From IMG/VR virus record IMGVR_UViG_3300042569_003487, positions 32,001-96,000 of that record: a DNA stretch of 64,000 nt; one strand, given 5' to 3'. Under the pieces are notes generated by a model. The model worked only from the letters and a program-made list of their open reading frames with translations. It did no database searches and had not been told where the DNA came from. The position numbers were made by a program, and so were the translations under genes. Source of the stretch: a virus. Numbering within the stretch: the stretch's first letter is position 1; each line of letters begins with the position of its first letter. This document shows, one piece after another, positions 8,916 through 18,760 of this stretch.

Positions 8916-10580
8916 TTACATAGTTTCAACTTCTGGCATAATCTCGTCCTCTTTAACGGTTTCGCCATTGCTTAATTGATATAAACCATCTGCAGTAACT
9001 CCGCTAATTTCAACAGGTTCACCATTATGCATTACTTTATCGCCGATTCCGTATTTAGAACCGTTTGAACCTAACATAGGATCAGTTTCTAAACTATCGT
9101 CTAACGAAAGATATTCATCCTTAAGACCTACAATACTTGAATTAATTGTATGTTTAAGAGTTTCCAATTGATCTTGAGTTTCTTCATCTGCTTCTGCAAT
9201 TACTGAATCTAGTTGAGAGATAGATTCTTCTAATTTTGCAATATCAGCTTGGATTGCAGATTTTCTTTCGTTAACGCTTTTAATAAATTCTTGTCTTTCT
9301 GAAAGTTGAATTGCAAACATATCGCTTACGTCATACTTAAATGTTTCAGCAACATATTTATGGAAGCCTAACGTATCATATTTCTTAAGACCTTGTCTGT
9401 CTAAAACAAAAATACCAGATTTTTCAGTATTAATAGCATAACTTTGAGCACCTTCAGTAACAAAGCGTTGAACGAATTCAAATTGAGCAATCATATTTGC
9501 ATTTTCTAAAATCTTTGCAACATTTTGTTTAAATGAAATAGTTTCAACAACTAAAGTTTTGTAAATTTCAGAGCTATTTAAGTCTTCTGCAACTTTACCA
9601 TTGATTTCAAATGAAACTTCTCCTTCTGGAGAAACTTTAAATGCAATAGTATTTGCTTTACCTTTAGCTTCTACACCATGTTCAGTAGGTTTAAAACCTA
9701 AATCAGTGTAAGCTTTTGCAGTTTGAGTAAACTCGTCTTCTTGTGGAAGAGATGAGAAGGGAACCATTTCGGCTTCTTCTTCACCATTCATATCAATAAT
9801 ATGATTCTCGATTAAAACTCTAACTCCGTTTGCAGTTCTAGTATAAACTCCAACTACTGGATTAATTTTAGTTGAGCTATTACCTGAACCTAAATTAAAT
9901 CCTCCGTTTTGAGAAGATTCAAATTGTGAAAGTCTATTAAGAAGATTTTTGATAACTGGTTGAGCAGTAGCTTCTGCTAAAATCATAGTTAAAGCATCAA
10001 CTGAAGTTCTACCTTCAAGAATTGCTCCTTCTAGTTTTTCGCAAACTTTTGCATAATATGCGTTTGGTGCTTTCTTTAAATCTGCTATTGTATTGAAGAT
10101 TGCAATAGTTGCACGATTTTCTGATACATATTTAGTTAATTCAGCAACCACTGACTTAACAGTAGAGTCAAACGAAAATGGTGCAAGTTTAGTAATAACT
10201 GATTCTACCACGATTGGCTCAGAATTTACAGTTACTGCTTTTTCAAGACCTAAAACAACTGTTCTAAAAATAGGGTCTGCATATGCTGCAGATTCTTTAA
10301 TTTGAGCAATCTTTGGAAGAACTGCTGCGCCGTTTTCGATCATTTTTAATTTTTTAGCTGGAGTATTTGACATTTCGTTAAATTTCTTAACGATTGCATC
10401 AAGTTCAGTATTTTGTAGTTTTTCACTAACTTCAGCTAGATCGGCTAGAGCTTGCTCGATGTTGCCAGAAGCATTAACGTTGGCCTCAACGCCAGCGACG
10501 AACATCTGTAGCATTCTGCTTTCAGATACAGCTTGTGCTGCTTTTAATTCTTTGATTAAGTTTTTTGTTAAGTCGTTCAT
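8916..10580 (-). CDS. Coiled-coil protein, possible prohead core/scaffold
   Basis: Helical and acidic, long C-terminal coiled coil, many (I/L/V)xE sites, own late promoter (10602-10608) and own terminator. Confidence 0.4.
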   Translation of the reverse strand: MNDLTKNLIKELKAAQAVSESRMLQMFVAGVEANVNASGNIEQALADLAEVSEKLQNTELDAIVKKFNEMSNTPAKKLKMIENGAAVLPKIAQIKESAAYADPIFRTVVLGLEKAVTVNSEPIVVESVITKLAPFSFDSTVKSVVAELTKYVSENRATIAIFNTIADLKKAPNAYYAKVCEKLEGAILEGRTSVDALTMILAEATAQPVIKNLLNRLSQFESSQNGGFNLGSGNSSTKINPVVGVYTRTANGVRVLIENHIIDMNGEEEAEMVPFSSLPQEDEFTQTAKAYTDLGFKPTEHGVEAKGKANTIAFKVSPEGEVSFEINGKVAEDLNSSEIYKTLVVETISFKQNVAKILENANMIAQFEFVQRFVTEGAQSYAINTEKSGIFVLDRQGLKKYDTLGFHKYVAETFKYDVSDMFAIQLSERQEFIKSVNERKSAIQADIAKLEESISQLDSVIAEADEETQDQLETLKHTINSSIVGLKDEYLSLDDSLETDPMLGSNGSKYGIGDKVMHNGEPVEISGVTADGLYQLSNGETVKEDEIMPEVETM

Positions 10581-10648
10581 TATAGACGATCTATTTTTTA
10601 TTATTTATCTGTGCCTTATATAGCGATTCACTGGATTATTGTAATTGA

Positions 10649-12745
10649 TTAGAATTGAGTCGTTATATCATCTCCGGTAAATCTCCCGCCTGATCCAGGT
10701 CTACCTAAGGACCTTCCATATCCAGTCGAGAGTGGTTTAACTTGTCTGATTGGGTTAGAATCTGGCGCAGTATCTGACGTTGAGTTTGATGCCTGAGAAG
10801 TTTGGTACTTAATACTATTTTTTCTAAGGTTTGCATTTTCATCCCTAAGCTGATCAACTAAAGTAGAAAGCTCGTCAAGTCTCTTTCTTAAAGTTTCTTC
10901 AGCTTTAATTCTAGTTTCCTCTGCTGTGTTTTGAGTAGTTGCCTCAGTTGCTCCGTCTGGCTTATACCATTTTCCTGTGTATAGGGCAGTTCGGGTGCCG
11001 TCACTTCCTACCGATACAATATAGAATTTTGTATCTTCTAACATAAGAATCTTAGACGTTGTTGCTACATCAAACTTAAATAGAATTTCTCCAAGATCAG
11101 AATTAACTTCAGACTGTTTAGTAGTATTTTTAACAGTAACTCTTGAATTATCTGTTCCAAAAACTAATTCAAATGATGAAAATTGTGTAAGATCAACTGT
11201 TCTAATTACAGGATTACCTGAAGTATTTAATTTTTCTTGTTTTACTTTAAATTTAAAAACATTATCAAATGGACTTACTATAATAGAAAGTAAACCTTGA
11301 CCATATGCAACTTCAGTGTTTTGACCACTTCCAGTCATTTTACTGCTTTCCGCTAATAAAATGCTATTATTTGAAAATAATACTGGAACGTATTCGGTAA
11401 CAGTTCGGATTTCAATTTGAGGCACTGTTTCAACTGATTGAACTGCTAAAGCCGCCTGATTAGTCGAAGTAGCTGAGCGGTTTGCTTCAGTTTCATTGTA
11501 TACTTTAAGTGAATCTGTAACTTTAGTAATAATTAAGTTATTAATTCTATTAGAATTTGGTTTATCTGCCAATTCAAGTTTACTTAAAGATTTTCCATAC
11601 TTATTTGGATTAACTACTACTAGAGATCCAGTTCTAATAATTTGTTCGTTTGTTGTTCTATTAACTAATCTAACTGAATAGTCAATTGCCATGCTAACTG
11701 CCTCATTTGCATTTTTTAAAATTGGTCTATAAATTAGAGGTTCATCAAAATTACTTTCTTGAAAGAATGTTGCGTCACCACTTTTAATAAATGATGAGCC
11801 AATTTGTTCAAATATTGTAAGCTGGTGAAAGATTATCCAAGATTGTCCAGTACGTTTTTCAAGTATACCAATAAATTCTTCTGGGAAACCTTCATTCCAG
11901 GTTGCATTAAATTCAATATAATCTCCATCTAATGCTTCTCTAATTTTAGCACCAATTAAATCAAATTCATTTGCTTGACTTACTTGAGCGACATATGCTT
12001 GATTTACATCATATGTTGAATAAACCTCGTCTGCTGTATTAAAGGCTGGGCCCTCTTTACATTCAAATAGATTAACTGTAATTGGATTGTTTTTAACTAA
12101 ACCTACACCAGTTGCCGTGCCATTTACCGTAACGGTTGTTGCTTTATATTCAAAAGTAATCGCTGGATTTGGTGAAGTATAGAATTGCTCATCCATATTT
12201 TTAATAGATGGTACAATTATATCAATATATCGGTCGTACATTGCATTACCAATAATCATTGGTCTGGTTGCAAATAATAAAACATCACCAAGTGTAGTTG
12301 AATTAATTAGTATGTTTGCTAGTATTAAAGCATTACCATTATTCATATCTTGTCTAATTGATAGTACAAGGCTAGAAAAGTCATCAAATTGAAAACCAGA
12401 TGCAAAATGGAATCTTACTCGATCTGCAATAATTGATCCAGCTGGAATTAATGTTTCAGACGCTCCAGGAACTTTACTAATTGCATATTCTGTATAGTTT
12501 GGAGAATCTTCTGAGTCTAAATAAACAAATCGCCCGCTATTAGTTGACAGCGGAACTGCAGTCAAATCTTTAATGTTTCCAGTTTCATATAGTGCTGAAT
12601 CTGGGTTGTATAGGTAAATCTCTCCCTCGCCTAATGTTAATGCATAGAACGGAGAATTAATTAAAATCGGACTTGCCGGCGATAATGATTCATACTGATA
12701 TTCCAGTAAACAATAATCGGTTAATTTTATAAATCTAGACTGCAT
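10649..12745 (-). CDS. Hypothetical structural protein
   Basis: 698 aa beta-rich ORF in the late region with a C-terminal coiled coil. Confidence 0.5.
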   Translation of the reverse strand: MQSRFIKLTDYCLLEYQYESLSPASPILINSPFYALTLGEGEIYLYNPDSALYETGNIKDLTAVPLSTNSGRFVYLDSEDSPNYTEYAISKVPGASETLIPAGSIIADRVRFHFASGFQFDDFSSLVLSIRQDMNNGNALILANILINSTTLGDVLLFATRPMIIGNAMYDRYIDIIVPSIKNMDEQFYTSPNPAITFEYKATTVTVNGTATGVGLVKNNPITVNLFECKEGPAFNTADEVYSTYDVNQAYVAQVSQANEFDLIGAKIREALDGDYIEFNATWNEGFPEEFIGILEKRTGQSWIIFHQLTIFEQIGSSFIKSGDATFFQESNFDEPLIYRPILKNANEAVSMAIDYSVRLVNRTTNEQIIRTGSLVVVNPNKYGKSLSKLELADKPNSNRINNLIITKVTDSLKVYNETEANRSATSTNQAALAVQSVETVPQIEIRTVTEYVPVLFSNNSILLAESSKMTGSGQNTEVAYGQGLLSIIVSPFDNVFKFKVKQEKLNTSGNPVIRTVDLTQFSSFELVFGTDNSRVTVKNTTKQSEVNSDLGEILFKFDVATTSKILMLEDTKFYIVSVGSDGTRTALYTGKWYKPDGATEATTQNTAEETRIKAEETLRKRLDELSTLVDQLRDENANLRKNSIKYQTSQASNSTSDTAPDSNPIRQVKPLSTGYGRSLGRPGSGGRFTGDDITTQF

Positions 12746-12770
12746 CCGTGATTCAATTTAATTTTTATAA

Positions 12771-12995
12771 TTACGATAGAAGAGATTCTAATGTAATTTT
12801 TGCATCGACCTCTCCTATATTATCTATTAACACATGCTCACGCTCTCTTAGTGTTTCCAATCTGCTTAGCAAAAGGTCTTTTTGTAATTCTAGACTAGAA
12901 GCCAGCATTTCAAGTTTTTCAAGCTCTTCAAATATTTGAGAATATTCTGAAACTATAAGTTTGGCTTCGGTTTTAATATTAATAGGTACTTCCAT
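12771..12995 (-). CDS. Small coiled-coil hypothetical protein
   Basis: Leu-heptad-rich 74 aa ORF coupled to the upstream gene. Confidence 0.65.
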   Translation of the reverse strand: MEVPINIKTEAKLIVSEYSQIFEELEKLEMLASSLELQKDLLLSRLETLREREHVLIDNIGEVDAKITLESLLS

Positions 12996-12997
12996 TA

Positions 12998-14131
12998 TTA
13001 TGAGATTTTAACTTTTAATTGACCTGACTTTAGAATATTTAGCATCTGTAACATATATCCGGCTAAGGCTGGATCTCCAGAATTTACGGAAACTGTATTA
13101 GGTTGCATTCCATCGGCAGTTGCAGCTTGGTTTGGTTGTGGCTGATTTGGTGTAACCTCTTCTATTGGTTTAGGCTGAGGTTGAACTGGAGAAGTAGAGG
13201 CTGCTTGATTAACAATATTGGTTTGAGATACGATCTTTGAATTAGACTCGGCTACATCTGTGAGACCCTGTGCAATTGCTTTATTAAATGTCGGCGGCTC
13301 GACTTCTTTAGCAGGAGCTAACGGATTACTAATTAAGGATAAAATTGCGGCTGGGTCGTTTGAGCTAAGAGTCGCTGTTGTTTGTGCTTCTCGTTTAGTT
13401 TTTTCAATTTCGGCAGTTCTTTCAAATTCTTCAACTGCTGACGTAATACCTTTACTAAATGTATTTGACAATTCTCCTCCAGCAGCAGAGCCGGTTGCGC
13501 TAACTACATCGGTTTTAAATATAGTCGATAAATCTCCACCTGATGCTATAATAGAATTAACGTCAGCTTCGAGCTGATTTTCTTGTTGACTTAATGCAGT
13601 TCTAAATAAATCTAAGCTTACTTTGGGTTTATTTGAAACTGTCTCTTCTGGAACAGTAGTTAGAGCCTTAGTTGAAACAACGTCTGGGGTAGTTTTAGTA
13701 GATTCCTCCTTTGCGCTAGAAATATTTTTGATAAGATCTTCTAGAGCGGCAACATCCTTTATTGATAATTCAACTTTCTTTGGTTCAATCTTTACAAGAT
13801 CACTTGTAATTGACAGTGAATTATTTACTGTATTTAGCGTTGAATTATTTACAGTTGAGTTAGGTTTAGGTAGTCTTTCAGAAAGAGTTGATAGGGTATC
13901 AGAAAGACCTGATAAAATTTCATCGGAATTAACTATAGCAGATTGACCGGCAGGTAAAGTTTTTTCAGTAGCAGGACTCAATGGAGAACTTGCTGTAGAA
14001 ACAGACTCTGCCAAATTTAAATCTGGTACAAACCCTTCGGGCTGCATTAAATCCATTAAATTTGGAACGCTTTGCCCAGTGGTTTTCAGGGTTGGATTAA
14101 GTGCTCCTAGTTCTAAATATAGACCGCTCAT
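12998..14131 (-). CDS. Low-complexity S/T/A/P-rich protein (possible hub or tape-measure-associated)
   Basis: 377 aa ORF right after the gp26/gp51-like pair; late promoter at 14147-14153. Confidence 0.4.
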   Translation of the reverse strand: MSGLYLELGALNPTLKTTGQSVPNLMDLMQPEGFVPDLNLAESVSTASSPLSPATEKTLPAGQSAIVNSDEILSGLSDTLSTLSERLPKPNSTVNNSTLNTVNNSLSITSDLVKIEPKKVELSIKDVAALEDLIKNISSAKEESTKTTPDVVSTKALTTVPEETVSNKPKVSLDLFRTALSQQENQLEADVNSIIASGGDLSTIFKTDVVSATGSAAGGELSNTFSKGITSAVEEFERTAEIEKTKREAQTTATLSSNDPAAILSLISNPLAPAKEVEPPTFNKAIAQGLTDVAESNSKIVSQTNIVNQAASTSPVQPQPKPIEEVTPNQPQPNQAATADGMQPNTVSVNSGDPALAGYMLQMLNILKSGQLKVKIS

Positions 14132-14175
14132 TAAACTGCTTTTTGTTATTTATCGAAATATCCAGTAAAACCAAA

Positions 14176-14364
14176 TTATGCAAGTCTTCCCGGTAGATTC
14201 AATAATTCATCCTGTTCAGCTAGAATTCTAGCGTTAGATTCTTCTATTTGTTTATTAATAATAGTTAAGTAGATTGAATATTCATAAAATGGAAGCGAAT
14301 ACAATTGGTCCAATGGTTGATTCAGCTTCACCGCCAAGAACTTGTTAGTCTCAAACAAGTTCAC
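14176..14364 (-). CDS. gp51-like baseplate hub assembly protein / tail chaperone second ORF
   Basis: LDQLYSLPFYEY.IY..II.KQIEE pattern; weak GTG start overlapping the upstream gene end. Confidence 0.55.
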   Translation of the reverse strand: MNLFETNKFLAVKLNQPLDQLYSLPFYEYSIYLTIINKQIEESNARILAEQDELLNLPGRLA

Positions 14365-15271
14365 TAAATCCAGCTGAAATAAGGAAAAGATCTTTGACAG
14401 TGAAGCTGGAGTCCAAAAAAATTCTTGATTCTATTTTGGCTCCACATTTAGGGCAGTCATCCTTTAAAATCTGTTTTTTAGATTTTTGGATAGCATCTGC
14501 AAATTTAGTAATAAATGTAAATTTGTTAATATGCCAAGTCAAAGACTCTTCATTTAGTGCAGAAAACGTCTGTGGGGTAAGACTGTCCCAATCTCCAATC
14601 AAGTATGGAACTACTTTTAAGAAAGCCTTATCTATTTTTTTACCGGCTCGATTAATATCTAAGACAATATCTCTAAGTTTTTGCATTGTACCTAGGGTAG
14701 GTAAAAATAGATTAAATGAAGTATTAAGTTTTTCTGATTCTACTCGATATGCTTTAAGCTCTTCAGAATAAAAAACTTCAAGCTCTTCTGGAAAATCAAA
14801 TGCACTCAGCATTGAACTTGAAATAGGTTTCTTTTCACTGTATGGCTCGTTTTCATCGCATGCACATTCAAACTTATGAGGAATATAGTTTTCTCCATTT
14901 GGGAAAGTTAACTCTTGTATTCTAAATATAATATAGAATCTATCAATTTCCAAGATTTCTTTCCAACTCGCTGGAACTCCATCAATTGTTACAGTTGCAC
15001 AACGTTCTAAAATATAGTTTAATTGGTCGTCTACTGACAATAAGTCATTTTCATCAATGGTTGACCAATGACGAATTTCTGCAACAGTGGCAGACCTAAT
15101 TGAAAGTTCAAATCCAGGAAGATAATATTTTCCCTGACTTGGTAGAAATGATAATGGAATACTCTTTAGTCCTAATTGATTTGGTACAGAGACCTCTGGT
15201 TTAACCGAAGCCGCTTTTTTGGCCTTTGGACTAGGTGCAGAATTTTCTTGTTGAATGTCTATCTCTTGCAT
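14351..15271 (-). CDS. T4 gp26-like baseplate hub / tail assembly chaperone
   Basis: LPSQGKYY...IRSATVAE N-terminal motif, DRFYIIFRI, CAC and C-terminal CPKCG zinc motifs. Confidence 0.7.
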   Translation of the reverse strand: MQEIDIQQENSAPSPKAKKAASVKPEVSVPNQLGLKSIPLSFLPSQGKYYLPGFELSIRSATVAEIRHWSTIDENDLLSVDDQLNYILERCATVTIDGVPASWKEILEIDRFYIIFRIQELTFPNGENYIPHKFECACDENEPYSEKKPISSSMLSAFDFPEELEVFYSEELKAYRVESEKLNTSFNLFLPTLGTMQKLRDIVLDINRAGKKIDKAFLKVVPYLIGDWDSLTPQTFSALNEESLTWHINKFTFITKFADAIQKSKKQILKDDCPKCGAKIESRIFLDSSFTVKDLFLISAGFSELV

Positions 15272-15292
15272 TGTATTAATACTTGACCTTTT

Positions 15293-15751
15293 CTAGTCTT
15301 GTATTAAAAATTGCATAAAAGTTTTTGTATGGTGAGAGCTGGCTTCGTTAACAGTCATTAGCGAAGCAGGATAAACTTCAACTTTTTTATTAGACGCAGA
15401 GTCTCTAATAAAAGCTCTAATTACTTGGTTCTTTCTATCTAATTGAAATCCAATAAATCTTCCAAATACTTTATGAGATCCTCCCTTTTGGTGTTGAGTA
15501 TTTACTTCAACGCCGCTAAGTCTTTTACCAGGTCTAAATTGATCGTTTAAGTCATTTATTAATTGATCAAATTCTGATGTTTCAACCTCTTGCGGAAGAG
15601 AAAGATCCGCTAGCGGCAAAAGTTTAATTGTAATACCTGGAGTAAAGTTTGATTGGGATGCAACAAAACCAAAATCTCCTCTTCCTTGAAATGGAATACT
15701 ACTTATAAAGTTATTCTTTTGTCCATATGACATTACTGGTCTCATTAGCAA
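15293..15751 (-). CDS. Hypothetical protein
   Basis: 152 aa ORF coupled to the upstream gene; C-terminal KTFMQFL motif. Confidence 0.6.
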   Translation of the reverse strand: MLMRPVMSYGQKNNFISSIPFQGRGDFGFVASQSNFTPGITIKLLPLADLSLPQEVETSEFDQLINDLNDQFRPGKRLSGVEVNTQHQKGGSHKVFGRFIGFQLDRKNQVIRAFIRDSASNKKVEVYPASLMTVNEASSHHTKTFMQFLIQD

Positions 15752-16533
15752 TCACAATTATTTGGATCAACATCAGTTTTTGTCTTAATTAATAAGACAC
15801 TAACTTTAACGCTGAATTTTGAACTTGGGTTTAATAAAGTTAAGGTGTTTATAATCTTAGTTGGATCAGTAGTTGCCTCTGGTGCAAAGTACATATAAGC
15901 TTGTCCTATTGTAAAGTTAGATGGGCTGCTTCCACCATTTGTAAGAATCATAGAAATAGATCCAGTTAGTAGATATTCAGAAGGATTAATTTCTGCACCG
16001 TCTTCATCTAGCGTAGGGTAATTTACATAGATAATAACTCCCTTTACGTAAGCTTTGTTTGGATTTAAAACTTCAACAAATGTTAAACTAACGCTTCCGC
16101 TAGTTGCAGTAGCAGGCTTAGATAAAGTTACAGCCGTTCCGTTAACTGCAGTGACAGTAGTTCCATCGGCAATTCCACTTCCAGAAACTGTACTACCGAC
16201 TCTAATTGCTGAATTAGCTGAAGCCGTAACTACAGCAGTGCTATTAAGAGTCGTTGAAGAAACCGCAGTAGTTCCACCAACTAAACTGTTAGTAAATACC
16301 GTGGCAGTTTCGCCTTGACATATTTCTAATTCCTGTTTAACATAAGAATCCGCAGGATATGCCAATTTACCAAAGTCACAAAGATCAGCTTGGCTAACAT
16401 TTTTGTCTACTATTGAAAAACAGTTGTCAATAAGCCTAAGTGACTTTTTAACAGGGACTGGATCGCATAATTTAGCCATAGCCGAATTGACTCTTTTATA
16501 GCTTGGATCACCTTTAAATTTAATGTAAGACAT
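15745..16533 (-). CDS. Putative virion structural protein
   Basis: Contains the GSGIADGTTVTAVNGTAVTLSKPATA beta-module also seen in 61293-64000; GTAAATA element at 16553-16559. Confidence 0.55.
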   Translation of the reverse strand: MSYIKFKGDPSYKRVNSAMAKLCDPVPVKKSLRLIDNCFSIVDKNVSQADLCDFGKLAYPADSYVKQELEICQGETATVFTNSLVGGTTAVSSTTLNSTAVVTASANSAIRVGSTVSGSGIADGTTVTAVNGTAVTLSKPATATSGSVSLTFVEVLNPNKAYVKGVIIYVNYPTLDEDGAEINPSEYLLTGSISMILTNGGSSPSNFTIGQAYMYFAPEATTDPTKIINTLTLLNPSSKFSVKVSVLLIKTKTDVDPNNCDC

Positions 16534-16566
16534 TAGCCGAAGTTCTTTTTATTATTTACCTTCGAT

Positions 16567-17277
16567 TTAGGAAACAATTCCTCTAGAGATTCTTTCATCT
16601 GCTGAAAGTCTTCTGGTATCTCTATCTGGAACTTCAAGTAAATCGATATGCTTTGGCTTGGTTAAATCAACTTCAATTGGTCCAGTAGATTTTTCCTGGC
16701 TCACTGGAGTCTTTTTTTTAACTTTTGGCGCTTTATTAGGAGTCTCGACTTGGACACTTTCTTGGACAGGCTGTCCAACTGGTTCCATACTCGGTTCTTC
16801 TATAATAGAATCTTCTACAATGGGTTCAGTTTGAACGGTTTCTGGGGTAGGTTTAATATAATCAACAAGAGACTTAATAAATCCTAATGCAACAATTGGC
16901 AAAACTGCGCCTGATATAATTGCAAGAATCCTTTTTTGATAGATTAGATCTTCTTCTTGAAGTCCAAACAATTCAATCCAGCTTGTAAAATTTTCAAGAT
17001 GAGAAAACGCATAATACGTATTTCCCATTGCTTGCATTGCAGTTAAAAGAATAAAGAGACCCCAAACAATACCTTTATTCATTTTTTCTAAAATAATAAG
17101 AGATGCTAGGGATGCAGCTGCACCAACTTCAAAGCCAATTGCAAGAGAAACTGCTAGCCAAGTAGGATTTGATAATTTAAAAAAGTCGATTACGTGAATC
17201 GTAGAAATAATTGATACTAAGAGGTATAAAGTAACAAAAGAACCAATTATAAAGTAATGGGTTGCTTTATTTTTCAT
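16567..17277 (-). CDS. Integral membrane protein (about 4 TM helices, charged C-terminal tail)
   Basis: Four hydrophobic segments in the first ~140 aa. Confidence 0.7.
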   Translation of the reverse strand: MKNKATHYFIIGSFVTLYLLVSIISTIHVIDFFKLSNPTWLAVSLAIGFEVGAAASLASLIILEKMNKGIVWGLFILLTAMQAMGNTYYAFSHLENFTSWIELFGLQEEDLIYQKRILAIISGAVLPIVALGFIKSLVDYIKPTPETVQTEPIVEDSIIEEPSMEPVGQPVQESVQVETPNKAPKVKKKTPVSQEKSTGPIEVDLTKPKHIDLLEVPDRDTRRLSADERISRGIVS

Positions 17278-17552
17278 TATTGTGCTCCAAGTTTTTTCAA
17301 TTCAGCATCAATCTCAGATTGACGTTGAACGTCTAGCATTTTTCGGTCAGTCGCCTGAATCATGCGTTTTTCTGCTTTAAGACCCTCAATTTCAAGGTCC
17401 TTTTTTGTTGCTAGCGAGTCTAGAGTAGTTAATTGCTTTTTAATTTTAGTAACTTCACGGTCTACTCCGCAAGATTTCATATAGGTTAAAATTAATAAAA
17501 ATATTACTACCTTTAATCCGTTTTTCTGTAAAAATTGTTCTACTTTATTCAT
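17277..17552 (-). CDS. Small membrane-anchored coiled-coil protein
   Basis: N-terminal hydrophobic stretch ending in MKSC, then a coiled coil. Confidence 0.65.
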   Translation of the reverse strand: MNKVEQFLQKNGLKVVIFLLILTYMKSCGVDREVTKIKKQLTTLDSLATKKDLEIEGLKAEKRMIQATDRKMLDVQRQSEIDAELKKLGAQ

Positions 17553-17578
17553 AATTTAAGATTATTTGATACTATTAT

Positions 17579-18076
17579 TTATTTGGAATTTAAAGTTTGC
17601 CAAATTTGTGACCACTCTACTTGTCCAAGTGCAGGTATAAAAATTAGTGAAATTAAGAAAAATACAATAACTGGATAAATTATAATGTATAAAATTCTTT
17701 CTAGAGAAATTTGTTTAAAATCAAATTCCATCCAAACTAAATATGCATATACGTCTGGCGTTTTAATTCTACGGAAGCCGGTTTTAACAAAATCGATAAT
17801 ACCAAGTCTAGTAATAGGATCGTTATAGTCAGCTAGTGATTCTTTAACTTGCATTATTTCAAATCCAGATAAATCATCAGTATTTAAAAGAACTTCTGGT
17901 TGGAGATTTTTAACATAGTATAATCGACCAAGTCTAGTTCGTCTTAGATTTAATTTGGTAAGGTCTCCGTTTTTTTCCAATTCGGATATGATTCCCAAAT
18001 AACGTCTAAATATGTTTAATTCCTTAATCAAGGAGATTAACTTAGTTATAAAAACTATTGGATTTATGTATTTCAT
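17579..18076 (-). CDS. Hypothetical protein with C-terminal TM helix
   Basis: ILYIIIYPVIVFFLISLIFIPAL hydrophobic segment. Confidence 0.65.
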   Translation of the reverse strand: MKYINPIVFITKLISLIKELNIFRRYLGIISELEKNGDLTKLNLRRTRLGRLYYVKNLQPEVLLNTDDLSGFEIMQVKESLADYNDPITRLGIIDFVKTGFRRIKTPDVYAYLVWMEFDFKQISLERILYIIIYPVIVFFLISLIFIPALGQVEWSQIWQTLNSK

Positions 18077-18720
18077 TAGAAAAGATCCTTTATTTTTTCT
18101 ACCAGTTCAGGATTACTTTCCAAAACTGAGTCTTTTAATATTTTACGTGCTTTTCTGATTTTAGTTTTAACTGTATTGAGATTCATATCGTATTTGTCTG
18201 CAATATCAGCACCCTTCATCTTATTTAGCTCCTTGTCAATTAGGATGGATTTTTCTAACGATTCTGGCATCTCTTCAATTGCAAGCATAGTTGCAGTGTA
18301 AAGATTCTCCAAAGAATTCTCCTTTTCTAAATTATCTCGACTGTCATCGACTAAAAATAGAGAATTTCCAATTTTATCAATATCAGTTGTCATTTGCTGT
18401 TTAAGTTTATGCAAATGCAATAGAGATTCATTTCTGGCAATAGTATAGATCCAAGTTGTAAATCTATATTTTGGATTATAGCTATCAAGCGATTTGAATA
18501 TCTTAAAGAACGTATTGTGTAATACTTCTTCGGTTTCGTCCTTATCGTTAAAGAACTTCCAAATAAAGTATTTAAGTTTAGGTTCCATTATTCGAACTAA
18601 TCGATTTCGGTCTCTTTCGGTGAAAGTTTTAGCAACAATTGCTTCGGCAAGCTGCTGCATTTCATCATTGAGGCGGCGGTTTAGATCTTCGTAACCTGTG
18701 ACCTTTTTGTTTCCTGTCAT
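18076..18720 (-). CDS. RNA polymerase sigma-70 family factor, ECF-like
   Basis: Region 2 (EEVLHNTFFKIF...YRFTTWIYTIARN) and region 4 HTH (DIADKYDMNLNTVKTKIRKARK). Confidence 0.9.
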   Translation of the reverse strand: MTGNKKVTGYEDLNRRLNDEMQQLAEAIVAKTFTERDRNRLVRIMEPKLKYFIWKFFNDKDETEEVLHNTFFKIFKSLDSYNPKYRFTTWIYTIARNESLLHLHKLKQQMTTDIDKIGNSLFLVDDSRDNLEKENSLENLYTATMLAIEEMPESLEKSILIDKELNKMKGADIADKYDMNLNTVKTKIRKARKILKDSVLESNPELVEKIKDLF

Positions 18721-18760
18721 AAAAATTATTTTCTAGATAGAGTTATTGTACTTAACTAAT

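Noticed and set aside
12998-14131. Tape measure protein
   Set aside because: The position fits, but at 377 aa with Pro-rich low complexity it lacks the long helical character expected; left as hypothetical
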